A stretch of DNA of 52,156 nt. It comes from a bacterium (GTDB lineage Bacteria; Patescibacteriota; Saccharimonadia; CAILAD01; BJGX01). Location: assembly GCA_023261595.1 (NCBI GenBank), contig JAHFOQ010000002.1, positions 1-52,156 of the forward strand, read 5' to 3'. The position numbers and the translations under genes were made by a program. This document shows positions 8,435-18,411 of the stretch, one piece after another; position 1 is the first letter of the stretch, and each line of letters opens with the position of its first letter. Under the pieces are notes generated by a model. It searched no databases, was not told where the DNA came from, and worked only from the letters and a program-made list of their open reading frames with translations.

Positions 8435-9851
8435 GTTTTATGTAACGACACCGATTTATTATATTAATGACGTGCCACATATTGGCCACGCTTACTCTAC
8501 AATCGCTGCAGATACTTTGGCTCGATTTTATCGTGATAAACTCGGCAAAGATAATGTACTATTTGTTACGGGTACAGATGAAAATTCTCAAAAAAGTGTT
8601 GATGCTGCAAAAAAAGCAGAAAAATCTATTCAAACGTACACCGACGAGACTGCCCAGAAATGGCAGGGAATTTTTGATAATTTAGGTATTACGTATGACC
8701 GATTTATTCGCACTACCGATACAGACCATATTGCAACCGTGCAGGATATCCTGCAGAAAGTATATGACAATGGAGATATTTATAAGGGTGTGTATGAAGG
8801 TCTCTACTGTGTTGGTCACGAAGCTTTCATGAAAGAAGATGACTTAGTTGATGGGTTATGTCCAGATCATAAAAAAGCTCCCGAACACATTAAAGAAGAA
8901 AACTGGTTTTTTAAACTCAGTAAGTACCAAGATCGCCTGAAGCACTATATTTTAGATAATCCAGATTTTATTCAACCACAGTCGCGTCGTAATGAGGTTC
9001 TGAGTTTTATTGAAACGAAGGGACTCGAAGATTTTAGTATTAGTCGAGAAACACAAGAGTGGGGAATTCGATTGCCTTTTGATGATAGTCAAGTTGCATA
9101 TGTTTGGTTTGATGCATTGCTCAACTATGTCACTGCAGCAGGCTACGGTACAGACAATTTTGATAAATGGTGGCCGGCTGATTTACATATTGTCGGTAAA
9201 GATATTATTAAGTTTCACTGCATTTATTGGCCAGCAATGTTGTGGAGCGCAGGCCTAGATTTGCCTCGACAAGTTTTTGCTCATGGCTTCTTTACGATTA
9301 ATGGTGAAAAAATCAGCAAAAGTCTTGGTAATGCTATCGATCCTACCGAATTGGTACAAAAGTATGGCAATGATGCATTAAGATATTATTTATTACGTGA
9401 AATTACATTTGGTTCTGATGGCGACTTTAGCTTGCAACGTTTTAATGACGTATATAACTCAGATCTTGCCAACAACTTAGGTAATTTAACCTCACGACTT
9501 TCGACTATGCTGATCAAATACAATAATGCAAAATATAATGAAGTAAAAGTTAAACCTCGATACGAATATGAAGATGATATTACGAGTCTTAAATTTCATA
9601 CTTGCCTGAGTGAATTGTTTTCTTGGCTCGATAGTTTAAATGGTGCAATCGAAGAAAATAAACCGTGGGAATTATTTAAAACTGACCCAGAAAAAACTGT
9701 TACCGTTCTTAGTGCAATCGCTTGCGAGCTATTATTGATAACAAAATATCTCGAACCATTTTTACCTGAATCTAGTAAAAAAGTTCAAGCAATTTTTCAC
9801 AATGGCGTTATTACACAAAATTCAGAAGTTCTATTTCCAAAGTTCGACTAA
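8397..9851 (+). CDS. metG: methionyl-tRNA synthetase (short form, no C-terminal tRNA-binding domain)
   Basis: 484 aa. HIGH motif (PHIGHAYS) and KMSKS motif (KISKSLGN). It overlaps the upstream gene by 38 nt. Confidence 0.92.
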   Translation: MKKTTQQNQTRSKFYVTTPIYYINDVPHIGHAYSTIAADTLARFYRDKLGKDNVLFVTGTDENSQKSVDAAKKAEKSIQTYTDETAQKWQGIFDNLGITYDRFIRTTDTDHIATVQDILQKVYDNGDIYKGVYEGLYCVGHEAFMKEDDLVDGLCPDHKKAPEHIKEENWFFKLSKYQDRLKHYILDNPDFIQPQSRRNEVLSFIETKGLEDFSISRETQEWGIRLPFDDSQVAYVWFDALLNYVTAAGYGTDNFDKWWPADLHIVGKDIIKFHCIYWPAMLWSAGLDLPRQVFAHGFFTINGEKISKSLGNAIDPTELVQKYGNDALRYYLLREITFGSDGDFSLQRFNDVYNSDLANNLGNLTSRLSTMLIKYNNAKYNEVKVKPRYEYEDDITSLKFHTCLSELFSWLDSLNGAIEENKPWELFKTDPEKTVTVLSAIACELLLITKYLEPFLPESSKKVQAIFHNGVITQNSEVLFPKFD

Positions 9852-9873
9852 TACTTAAGTGGAGGCAAATTTG

Positions 9874-10674
9874 ATGAAACTCATTGATTCTCATGCTCAC
9901 ATTCATTTTGACGAGTTTAGAGATAATCTAATAGAGTTATTTAGTAATGCACGGTCTACTGGTGTAACAAAAATAATCACCGTAGGTACGGACGATGTAG
10001 ATTCTCGCAATGCGTTAAACTTTGTGAATAATAGTGAAGTTTTAAAGCAAGCCGAGGGTATTCAATTATTCGCTACGGCCGGTATTCACCCACATGAGGC
10101 ACAGCTTGGCGGTGATGGGTTTCTATCAATAAAAGAACTTACTCAAGATACTGACTATTCTCATTGCCTTGTTGCGATTGGAGAGTGTGGGTTAGATTTT
10201 AATAAAAATCTTTCCTCACCGAGTGAACAAAAAGAAATATTACGTTGGCAAATAGAACTCGCATTAGAGTGTTCTTTACCATTAATTTTTCATGTACGTG
10301 ATGCTTGGGAAGATTTCTTTACGATTATCCAAGATTATCCTAAAATTCGCGGTGTTATTCATAGTTTTACGGGCACCAAGAAAGAAGTCGAAAAAGCAAA
10401 AGATTATGATTTGTACTTTGGCTTGAATGGTATTATTACATTTACAAAAGAACAGCAGCAACTTGATGCGGTTATAGCAATCCCAGAAGAGCGAATTATT
10501 CTAGAAACCGATTGTCCGTATTTGTCACCAATTCCTATGAGAGGCAAACAAAATGAACCAAGTTATATTCAATACACGGCTGAATTTATTGCAGAGTTGA
10601 GAGGCACTAATCAAACTGAGTTCACCCACCAAGTATTTCAGAATACCAACACACTGTTTAAGCTTGATAAATAA
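9874..10674 (+). CDS. tatD: TatD family metal-dependent hydrolase/DNase
   Basis: The ATG at 9874 follows the RBS GGAGG (9861-9865). MKLIDSHAHIHF, IGECGLDF, HSF and ETDCPYL motifs. Confidence 0.85.
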   Translation: MKLIDSHAHIHFDEFRDNLIELFSNARSTGVTKIITVGTDDVDSRNALNFVNNSEVLKQAEGIQLFATAGIHPHEAQLGGDGFLSIKELTQDTDYSHCLVAIGECGLDFNKNLSSPSEQKEILRWQIELALECSLPLIFHVRDAWEDFFTIIQDYPKIRGVIHSFTGTKKEVEKAKDYDLYFGLNGIITFTKEQQQLDAVIAIPEERIILETDCPYLSPIPMRGKQNEPSYIQYTAEFIAELRGTNQTEFTHQVFQNTNTLFKLDK

Positions 10675-10701
10675 TTTAAAAATCCGTATAATAATGCAAC
10701 T

Positions 10702-11850
10702 ATGAAGCAGGTTTATTTAGATTACGCGGCTGCTACGCCAATAGATCGAGAAGTAGTACAAGCTATGCAAGCAGCAATGGCAGATTTTACGAACCCAGCA
10801 AGCCCGTATACATCTGGAAGAAATGCTCGCAAAGAACTCCAAAATGCCCGTAAAAAACTCGCAATGTTTCTGGGAGCGAATCTCGACGAAATTATTTTTA
10901 CGAGTGGTGCGAGCGAGTCGAACAACTTAGCTATTTTAGGCACAGCACGCACTAAAGTTAAAGGAGAAATTATTTCTGTTCAGACTGAGCACAGTTCTAT
11001 ACGTGAGCCTCTTAGTCAGCTAGAGAACGAAGGTTATAAAGTTAAGTGGTGTGAGGTTGATAAAAACGGAAGAATTAATGAATCGCAGTTTGCAAAGCTT
11101 TTAACTAAAAAAACAATCATGGTGAGTATTAGTCTAGCTAATTCTGAATACGGCACCATTGAAGACATATCGCGGTTAAGCAGAATTGTGCATCAATTTA
11201 ATGAACAAGAAAAATGTAATATTTTGTTCCATACAGATGCGAGCGCTGCTGCACTGGTGCAAAATTGTACTATTTCTCGTTTGGGCGTTGATTTACTTAC
11301 ACTCAGTAGTGCAAAAGTCTACGGCCCAACCGGTATCGGGTTATTATATGTACGTAGAGGAACTGAAATACAACCACTTATTTATGGTGGAAACCAAGAA
11401 AGTGGCTTGCGGGCAGGTACCGAGAGTGTATTTTTGGCAGTTGGTTTTGCAAAGGCCGTTGAACTTATTCAGAAGTATCAAAAAAAAGATGATGAACATT
11501 TTCGAGAACTGTATACACAACTTTCAAAATACTTTGAACAAAAAGGTATTCAACTTAATGGAGATCAAAAGAAAAGATTATATTCAATCTTAAATGTGAG
11601 TTTTAATAATCTTAATGGTGAAGATTTGGTTGCGTATTTAGATATCCAGGGGTTTGAAGTATCTACCGGAGCTGCATGTGAAGTAAGTAATCAATTACCT
11701 AGCAAGGCTCTTTTATCTCTTGGTCTCTCTAAGAAGTATGCACAGGGTAGTCTACGCATCTCATTTGGTCGTACCACAACTAAATCTGATTTATCTGCGT
11801 TCACAAAAGCCTTAGATGCTACGTTAACTATATTAGAGCAGAAAAAATGA
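10702..11850 (+). CDS. cysteine desulfurase (class V aminotransferase, NifS/IscS-like)
   Basis: 382 aa. YLDYAATTP, FTSGASESNN, HTDA, and the PLP-lysine region SSAKVYGPTGIGLLY. Confidence 0.85.
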   Translation: MKQVYLDYAAATPIDREVVQAMQAAMADFTNPASPYTSGRNARKELQNARKKLAMFLGANLDEIIFTSGASESNNLAILGTARTKVKGEIISVQTEHSSIREPLSQLENEGYKVKWCEVDKNGRINESQFAKLLTKKTIMVSISLANSEYGTIEDISRLSRIVHQFNEQEKCNILFHTDASAAALVQNCTISRLGVDLLTLSSAKVYGPTGIGLLYVRRGTEIQPLIYGGNQESGLRAGTESVFLAVGFAKAVELIQKYQKKDDEHFRELYTQLSKYFEQKGIQLNGDQKKRLYSILNVSFNNLNGEDLVAYLDIQGFEVSTGAACEVSNQLPSKALLSLGLSKKYAQGSLRISFGRTTTKSDLSAFTKALDATLTILEQKK

Positions 11851-12437
11851 AAAAATTTCTTATAACCGCAGGGATAATACTCGCGATCTTAACAATATTA
11901 GTTGTCGTTTTTTTTGCTGGTGTAGGCTATTATCTAAGTCCTCAGTCAAAACTTGAAAAGACCGACGCTATAGTGGTAATTTCTGGTGGTCAAACAACCT
12001 CACGCGCTGATAAAGGAATAGATTTATACAAACAGGGTTATGCAAAAAACATAATTTTTTCTGGTGCTGCATTAGACGATGGGCCAAGTAATGCATCTGC
12101 TATGAAACAACAAGCATTAGAGGCAGGAGTTAACGAGAATATTATTCATACCGATGAAGCATCTCAAGATACCTATCAGAACGCCGAGAATAGCAAAAAA
12201 ATTCTCGAAGATTTGCATGAAAAGAAAATAATTTTGGTAACCAGCCCGTATCATCAACGTCGCGCATACGAAACATTTAAGCAAGTGCTTGGTCCGGAAT
12301 ATACTATTTTAAATCAAAGTGCATTTGATGACCGTTGGAGTAAGTCTCATTGGTGGGGTCGAGGTTTTGCATACAACATTACATTGAGTGAATCTGCAAA
12401 ACTGTTTTACATATTGGTTACAGGCAATTACCGATGA
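11847..12437 (+). CDS. YdcF/DUF218 family membrane-anchored protein
   Basis: 196 aa with an N-terminal TM helix. IVVISGG… and LVTSPYHQRRA are typical of DUF218. Start and stop are coupled to both neighbours by ATGA overlaps. Confidence 0.7.
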   Translation: MKKFLITAGIILAILTILVVVFFAGVGYYLSPQSKLEKTDAIVVISGGQTTSRADKGIDLYKQGYAKNIIFSGAALDDGPSNASAMKQQALEAGVNENIIHTDEASQDTYQNAENSKKILEDLHEKKIILVTSPYHQRRAYETFKQVLGPEYTILNQSAFDDRWSKSHWWGRGFAYNITLSESAKLFYILVTGNYR

Positions 12438-13474
12438 GTCGAGTATTCGTAGGGCTCTCTGGTGGGGTAGATAGTGCTGTCGCTGCTGCATTATTACAAG
12501 CGAGCGGGCACGAGGTGACTGGGGTATACATGAAGAACTGGAGTAGAGATATTGCCGGATATCACTGTCCTTGGCAAGACGACCTTGCTTCAGCTCGCTT
12601 GGTTGCTGCGCATTTGCAAATTCCATTTAAAATTTATGATTTTGAAAAAGAATATTACAATACAGTAACAAAGTACTTATTGGATACATATAAAAAAGGC
12701 CAAACTCCAAATCCAGATGTAATGTGTAACCAGTCGATAAAGTTTGATGTATTTTATAAACAGTGTATGTCTGAAGGTGCCGAGCTTGTAGCAACTGGAC
12801 ATTATGCGCGTATTATAAACGGTAAGTTACATACTGCTTTTGACAAAGAAAAAGATCAAACATATTTTTTGTACCGCATGAACCCAAGTATTGCTCAGGA
12901 TATTCTTTTCCCTCTAGGTGAATTGAAAAAATCCGATGTCAGAAAATCTGCCCAAAAGTTTCAATTACCGAACTTTGATCGACCAGATAGCCAGGGGTTG
13001 TGCTTTGTAGGGCCAGTACCAATGCGCGATTTTTTAAGCGAGTTTATTCAACCTCAAGTTGGAAATATTATTGACGAGAATGGGGACATCCTTGGACAGC
13101 ATAATGGGGCGTATGCCTATACAATTGGACAAAGGCATGGGTTAGGGATTGGCGGCGGTCAGCCATATTATGTGTATGCCATCAATACAAAAAATAATTT
13201 AGTGCATGTAACGAGTAACGAAGATTCATCCTTACTTAATAAGACAGAATTTGAAATAAATGATTGTATTTGGTGGAAACAACCACAAGATAATGAGAAT
13301 AAACTAAAAGTAAGAGTTCGGTACCGTAGTAAAACTATTCCATGTACTATTCAAAAAACAAATGAAGATAACTGGAAGATAGTGTTGGCTCAAAGCGAAC
13401 GTGCCATTGCTGCGGGTCAGTCAGCAGTTTTATATGACGACGATCTAGTGGTTGGTGGCGGTATAATTTGTTAA
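12434..13474 (+). CDS. mnmA: tRNA 2-thiouridine(34) synthase MnmA
   Basis: 346 aa. PP-loop GLSGGVDSAV, NPDVMCN, ATGHYAR, KDQTYFL and GLCFVG motifs. Confidence 0.9.
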   Translation: MSRVFVGLSGGVDSAVAAALLQASGHEVTGVYMKNWSRDIAGYHCPWQDDLASARLVAAHLQIPFKIYDFEKEYYNTVTKYLLDTYKKGQTPNPDVMCNQSIKFDVFYKQCMSEGAELVATGHYARIINGKLHTAFDKEKDQTYFLYRMNPSIAQDILFPLGELKKSDVRKSAQKFQLPNFDRPDSQGLCFVGPVPMRDFLSEFIQPQVGNIIDENGDILGQHNGAYAYTIGQRHGLGIGGGQPYYVYAINTKNNLVHVTSNEDSSLLNKTEFEINDCIWWKQPQDNENKLKVRVRYRSKTIPCTIQKTNEDNWKIVLAQSERAIAAGQSAVLYDDDLVVGGGIIC

Positions 13475-13525
13475 ATACCACTCTCAATTTTTACTAAGCA
13501 TAAGTATTTGGCTTATAATAGCCAT

Positions 13526-14401
13526 ATGAATACGAGCGAAGTACATAATAATAGAAATGTTCAAACGGGTAAGATTGATTCTCCCAATCCAGCTGTATTA
13601 GTCAAAGAGCTACAAACTATTACTAATGCCTCGGCTCAAGAAAAAAATGAAAAAGCCGAAACAAAGCGGCAGGAAGAAACTTTTAGCACTAAACAAGAAG
13701 AACAATCTTCTGTCTTAGAATTTCAACAATTACTTATTGATGAATTTAACCAATTGGGTAATGGTATTGACCGATACGTGTGGATGCAAAGAGAAATAGA
13801 AGGGCAAATTCGTACCATGCTTCATTTGGTTGATGCTCAGCACGATAAAGATAGTCAAGTAGATCGTATGGTTGCTTCAGTTGCTCGCGATATCGCAGAG
13901 CAAACAATAAGTGAAGATCCGCAAGGTAATATTGCTCGTACCGGGTATAACAAACAGTTCGATATAGAAATTGAACAACTTTCGGAATCTTATAAAAGAC
14001 GATTAGTTGAAATCAATGCAGAACTCGAAAGAGCAGAGGCTGAAGGTAACGCCGGCAAGAAAGCACAAATTGTACATGAAGCCATTCGTAATGTACTAGA
14101 ACATGTACTAAGTTTTATACATTCAACCCATGAAGAAATGATTCGGATATTACGATCACAACGAGATGTAATTATTAGTGAGATAAATCGTTTTCAGGAA
14201 CTGCAGTATTTTAAAACAGAAGAAGTTTGGCAGAATACAACATACCGCTTGTTAAGTGAGTATAGTCAAAAAGCTCTCATAACACTCGAAACAATAATCG
14301 GTAAGCTAAAAATTCAAGCTGAAGGAGAAGAAAGACAGATTGCTTCTCTCGCAAAAGAATCTGTTTTACTCACCCGAACACTTACTGAAGAACAGGAATA
14401 G
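13526..14401 (+). CDS. hypothetical acidic coiled-coil protein
   Basis: ORF track gives 13508..14401. The ATG at 13526 lies 6 nt after TATAAT (13514-13519). The sequence is E/Q/K-rich with no recognisable domain. Confidence 0.5.
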   Translation: MNTSEVHNNRNVQTGKIDSPNPAVLVKELQTITNASAQEKNEKAETKRQEETFSTKQEEQSSVLEFQQLLIDEFNQLGNGIDRYVWMQREIEGQIRTMLHLVDAQHDKDSQVDRMVASVARDIAEQTISEDPQGNIARTGYNKQFDIEIEQLSESYKRRLVEINAELERAEAEGNAGKKAQIVHEAIRNVLEHVLSFIHSTHEEMIRILRSQRDVIISEINRFQELQYFKTEEVWQNTTYRLLSEYSQKALITLETIIGKLKIQAEGEERQIASLAKESVLLTRTLTEEQE

Positions 14402-14402
14402 T

Positions 14403-15065
14403 ATGAAGAAAAAAGAAGATTTGCATACCGAAAAAAGTCAGGGCAAGACAGTTGCCATTGTTTTGCTTGTGCTATGTATTTTTCTTTCGCTTATGCTCAG
14501 TTTTTTAGCCTTTAGTTCGCGTGCTCACGTGCTCACTGAATTGAAAGAGTCAGATAATCAATTGCAAATTTCACGTAATGTAAATGCTCAGTTGCAAACT
14601 CAGATAGAAACTATGCGCACGGCTAACAATAATGCACAATATATTCTGATTAGTGATATGGGGGTACGAATACCAAAAACTGCTGATCTTCAAAACGTTG
14701 TGGTAGGTATCGAAACAGTCGCAAACCCCAAACAACCATTTGCACATTTTACGAGTGGGGAAATTTTAGCCGCGGTAATGAGTAACCCTGCCGGACCATA
14801 CAGTAGCAACCAATGTGCATTAGGCGATAGTCCCCTTGGAGTTATTACACGCTATAGTTCTGGCAGTGTAGTATCTGGTAAAAAGGTTGAAACTATTACC
14901 GATACAAATGTTAAGAAGATTGGTGACTACTATTACGTTTATACAAATTCAGCCACTTCGTGCACGAGTAATAAGGTAGTTTCTGACTATATTACTGCTC
15001 AACAACAAAAATTTGCTTCTGCCTTTGCTAGTCTAGAAGCTATTACTACATCTACAATTAATTAA
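14403..15065 (+). CDS. membrane-anchored coiled-coil protein, paralog 1 of 3
   Basis: The ATG at 14403 follows the upstream stop directly. It has an N-terminal TM helix, a coiled coil, and an ectodomain with the conserved C…SPLGVITR and YYYVYT…SC motifs shared with the next two genes. Confidence 0.55.
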   Translation: MKKKEDLHTEKSQGKTVAIVLLVLCIFLSLMLSFLAFSSRAHVLTELKESDNQLQISRNVNAQLQTQIETMRTANNNAQYILISDMGVRIPKTADLQNVVVGIETVANPKQPFAHFTSGEILAAVMSNPAGPYSSNQCALGDSPLGVITRYSSGSVVSGKKVETITDTNVKKIGDYYYVYTNSATSCTSNKVVSDYITAQQQKFASAFASLEAITTSTIN

Positions 15066-15112
15066 CGACGTGGTATAATAAGCACAAGAATTAAACAGGA
15101 AACCATATACAA

Positions 15113-15799
15113 ATGGAACCCCAACAAGTACATCCACAATCATCTCCGCTCGAGCCAACATCACAAATGCCAGAATCAAACCCAATGCCAGCCAAGAAAG
15201 GTGGAAAGGGTTGGATGATCGTAGCGATTTTAGCAATAGTTTTACTTATTGCAACTCTTGCTTTTGGTTATTACAAGTGGCAGGCGTACCGCACAAAAGT
15301 AGGAGACTTGGGCGCACAGGTAAATGCTTTGCAAGCGCAAGTTGATACACTTACCACAGCTGCGGCTTCTACCACCATCTTAAAAATAAATGAATTTGGT
15401 GTACAAATGACCAAACCAGCCGATGCAAAAGACGCCTATTACTATATTTCAAAAAATGCAGAAGGCAATCAAGTTGCTTCATTTACTTCTCCAGGGCTAC
15501 AGAACTTAGCAGCTACCAATCCATCGAGCCCAGCTGTGAGTAACGCTTGTGGTTTAAATAGTGCACCACTTGGAACGATCACTCAAGTAAAAGCAGGAAC
15601 CCTTATAAAGGGCGTAAAAGTAGAAGATGTTAAGAGTACCGATACTTTAATTGTAAAAAAACAAGATGTTTCTTATTACATCTATACAGCACCAGCTACT
15701 CAATGTTCTACGGTAAAAACAGTACAAGATTTGCAAGCAAAGCAAGCCAAATCATTGCAAGAAACTTTTAACACTAGCCTAGCAGCGCTTGCCAAATAG
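15113..15799 (+). CDS. membrane-anchored coiled-coil protein, paralog 2 of 3
   Basis: 228 aa with the same architecture. Motifs CGLNSAPLGTITQ and YYIYTAPATQC. Confidence 0.55.
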   Translation: MEPQQVHPQSSPLEPTSQMPESNPMPAKKGGKGWMIVAILAIVLLIATLAFGYYKWQAYRTKVGDLGAQVNALQAQVDTLTTAAASTTILKINEFGVQMTKPADAKDAYYYISKNAEGNQVASFTSPGLQNLAATNPSSPAVSNACGLNSAPLGTITQVKAGTLIKGVKVEDVKSTDTLIVKKQDVSYYIYTAPATQCSTVKTVQDLQAKQAKSLQETFNTSLAALAK

Positions 15800-15809
15800 G
15801 TAATGACAA

Positions 15810-16472
15810 ATGAAAGACAAAAATACACAATCAACAGTTCATCAGTCGTCAGCGGATCATATTCAGCTTCCTAAAAGAGATCGAGCTAAAACAGTATGGA
15901 TGATAGTAGCCATCGTAGCAATTATTGCATTTGTTGGTTTAGCTACCTTTGGTTATTACAAAATTACTAATTTGAATAAACAGATTAAAGAACAGCAAAC
16001 ACAAATAACTGAGCTGAGTAATACTAAGAAGACACTAGAGGATGCAGCCAGTGCAGCTGCAGCTTCTGCAGTTAATGCTACGGCTAGTGCAATAGCAAAT
16101 TCTAACAACTTTGTCGAAGTTAAGGAGCTCGGGTTTAAATTGCCGGTAACTGATGAAATTAAAGACCTACAGTACTTTGTAAATGATAAGACAGTATTCT
16201 TTTCTTCAAAATCATTAATGAGTAGTGCATGGGCAGCTGACAAGGGAAATGCTGCAAAGTATTGTGCCCCTGGGGTACTTCCGTTCGGTGCAATAACTCG
16301 CTTTGCTAATACTACTGAAGCCGGTCCAACCCAGCAGAAAAATCTTGGTACATTTATACTTGGCTATGCACCACCTCAATCATATTGTTCGGACAATGCA
16401 GCAACTACAACTTTGCAAAACAAACAAAAGGCAGCTTTGCTGAATGCCTTTAATAATGCTCAAAAACTATAG
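15810..16472 (+). CDS. membrane-anchored coiled-coil protein, paralog 3 of 3
   Basis: 220 aa with the same architecture. Motifs CAPGVLPFGAITR and LGYAPPQSYC. Confidence 0.55.
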   Translation: MKDKNTQSTVHQSSADHIQLPKRDRAKTVWMIVAIVAIIAFVGLATFGYYKITNLNKQIKEQQTQITELSNTKKTLEDAASAAAASAVNATASAIANSNNFVEVKELGFKLPVTDEIKDLQYFVNDKTVFFSSKSLMSSAWAADKGNAAKYCAPGVLPFGAITRFANTTEAGPTQQKNLGTFILGYAPPQSYCSDNAATTTLQNKQKAALLNAFNNAQKL

Positions 16473-16521
16473 TATCTTTACTTACTCGCCCTGTATCTGA
16501 TTTCTTGATATAATAACAGGC

Positions 16522-18345
16522 ATGACAACATCTGAGATTCGTTCTAAATTCTTAGAATTCTTTAAAGAAAAAGATCACCAAATAATTCCATCTGCACCTG
16601 TGGTACCCGAACATGACCCTACGGTATTGTTTACTACCGCCGGAATGCATCCACTGGTTCCATATCTGCTCGGAACGCCACATCCACAAGGTAAACGACT
16701 TGCCGATGCACAGAAATGTGTACGTACTACTGATATCGAAGAGGTGGGAGATGCAACACATCTAACTTTTTTTGAAATGCTGGGTAACTGGAGCTTGGGT
16801 GATTATTTTAAAGAAGATTCTATTGCATGGAGTTGGGAATTTTTAACTGACTCGCGTTGGCTTGGAATAGATCCACAAAAATTATATGTAACGGTCTACG
16901 AAGGCGATGGTGTAGTGCCAAAAGACGAAGAGTCTATTGCGCTGTGGCAAGAACAATTTGCAAAAGTAGAAATTAATGCAAAAGAAGGCGAAAGAATACT
17001 GGCATTAGGCAAAAATGATAACTGGTGGGAACAAGGCGGAGTAGCTACCGGCCCTGCCGGCCCAGATACCGAGATATTTTATTACATTGGTAACGAACAG
17101 AACCCTAAGTTCGACACAGAAAATAATAAATTTGTAGAAATTTGGAATAATGTCTTTATGGCATACCAACGCCAAGAGGACGGGAGCTATACTGAGCTCA
17201 AAAATAAAAATGTTGATACTGGAATGGGACTCGAGCGAGCAAGTTTTACATTGCAAGGTTTACATAGTGTGTATGACACAGATATGTTAAACCAAATAAA
17301 GTCGGCAGTAGCACACTATGCACACGAAGTACGAGAACCAACTTTTATTGCTACCCAGCCCGACACAACCGAAAGAGCCGAAAGAATAATCACTGACCAT
17401 ACCAGAACTGTTACCTTTATGGCTGCAGACGGTGTAGTGCCGAGCAATAAAGACCAGGGGTATGTAATGCGTCGCTTGGCTCGTCGTGCTATTCGCGAAG
17501 CACTTGTGCTGGGAATTCAACATGATCTCTTTGCTCGTATTGTTCCGCGTGTAATAGCATTGTATGAAGATGAATATCCAGAGCTTGGTACAAATCAAAT
17601 TCAAATTATGGAAGTTCTACTGCGCGAAGAAAATGCTTTTCGTCAAACCCTCGTAAAAGGATTGAAAGAGTTTGAAAAACTTTTGGGTGATAAAGAAAAT
17701 CTGAGTGGGCATACTGCCTTTACTCTCTACGATACATATGGATTCCCAAAAGAACTAAGTCTAGAAGAAGCTAAAAGGATTAATCTGCCAGTAAGTAACT
17801 TATTCGAAGCTGAGTTTGAGCAACAATTAGATGCGCAACGTCAACGAAGCCGAACAGCTACATCCGGACAGTTTAAGGGTGGTTTGGCAGATGATAGTGA
17901 AATTGCAACTCGATATCATACTGCAACTCATTTAATGTATAAAGCCTTGCGCAATGTACTGGGAGATCACGTAATGCAACGGGGTAGTAATATTACCGCC
18001 GAACGCATGAGATTTGATTTTTCGCATCACGAAAAAATGACACCCGAGCAGATTGAACAAGTAGAAGATATGGTAAATGCACAAATTACCAAAGATTTGC
18101 CAGTAAGTTTTACCGAGATGCAAAAAGACAAGGCTTTCGAAGCCGGAGCACTTGGTGCTTTTGGTGAAAAATATCCAGATATTGTAAAGGTGTATACCGT
18201 TGGTGATCCAGAAGGGGATTATTACTCTAAAGAAATTTGTGGCGGACCGCATGTGAGTAAAACTTCAGAAATTGGCACATTTACAATTATCAAAGAAGAA
18301 TCCAGCTCGGCCGGAGTACGGCGCATAAAGGCTACAATAAAATAG
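16522..18345 (+). CDS. alaS: alanyl-tRNA synthetase, truncated form lacking the C-Ala domain
   Basis: 607 aa. Catalytic core (FTTAGMHP, FFEMLGNWSLGDYFK, EIWNNVFM, DTGMGLER) and editing domain (HTATHLMYKALR, CGGPHV). It ends at …GVRRIKATIK, where the C-Ala domain would normally begin. An extended -10 TGATATAAT ends 7 nt before the ATG. Confidence 0.92.
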   Translation: MTTSEIRSKFLEFFKEKDHQIIPSAPVVPEHDPTVLFTTAGMHPLVPYLLGTPHPQGKRLADAQKCVRTTDIEEVGDATHLTFFEMLGNWSLGDYFKEDSIAWSWEFLTDSRWLGIDPQKLYVTVYEGDGVVPKDEESIALWQEQFAKVEINAKEGERILALGKNDNWWEQGGVATGPAGPDTEIFYYIGNEQNPKFDTENNKFVEIWNNVFMAYQRQEDGSYTELKNKNVDTGMGLERASFTLQGLHSVYDTDMLNQIKSAVAHYAHEVREPTFIATQPDTTERAERIITDHTRTVTFMAADGVVPSNKDQGYVMRRLARRAIREALVLGIQHDLFARIVPRVIALYEDEYPELGTNQIQIMEVLLREENAFRQTLVKGLKEFEKLLGDKENLSGHTAFTLYDTYGFPKELSLEEAKRINLPVSNLFEAEFEQQLDAQRQRSRTATSGQFKGGLADDSEIATRYHTATHLMYKALRNVLGDHVMQRGSNITAERMRFDFSHHEKMTPEQIEQVEDMVNAQITKDLPVSFTEMQKDKAFEAGALGAFGEKYPDIVKVYTVGDPEGDYYSKEICGGPHVSKTSEIGTFTIIKEESSSAGVRRIKATIK

Positions 18346-18354
18346 AAAAGTGAA

Positions 18355-18378
18355 GAGCCCCTGCAGGTGCAGGGGCTC
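18355..18378. terminator. GC-rich hairpin between convergent alaS and the high-GC gene
   Basis: GAGCCCCTGCA-GG-TGCAGGGGCTC. On the minus strand it is followed by the T-rich TTCACTTTTCTATTTT. Confidence 0.5.
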
Positions 18379-18411
18379 GGGGTTTACGCCACGCGGGCGT
18401 TTGGGTTGGCG

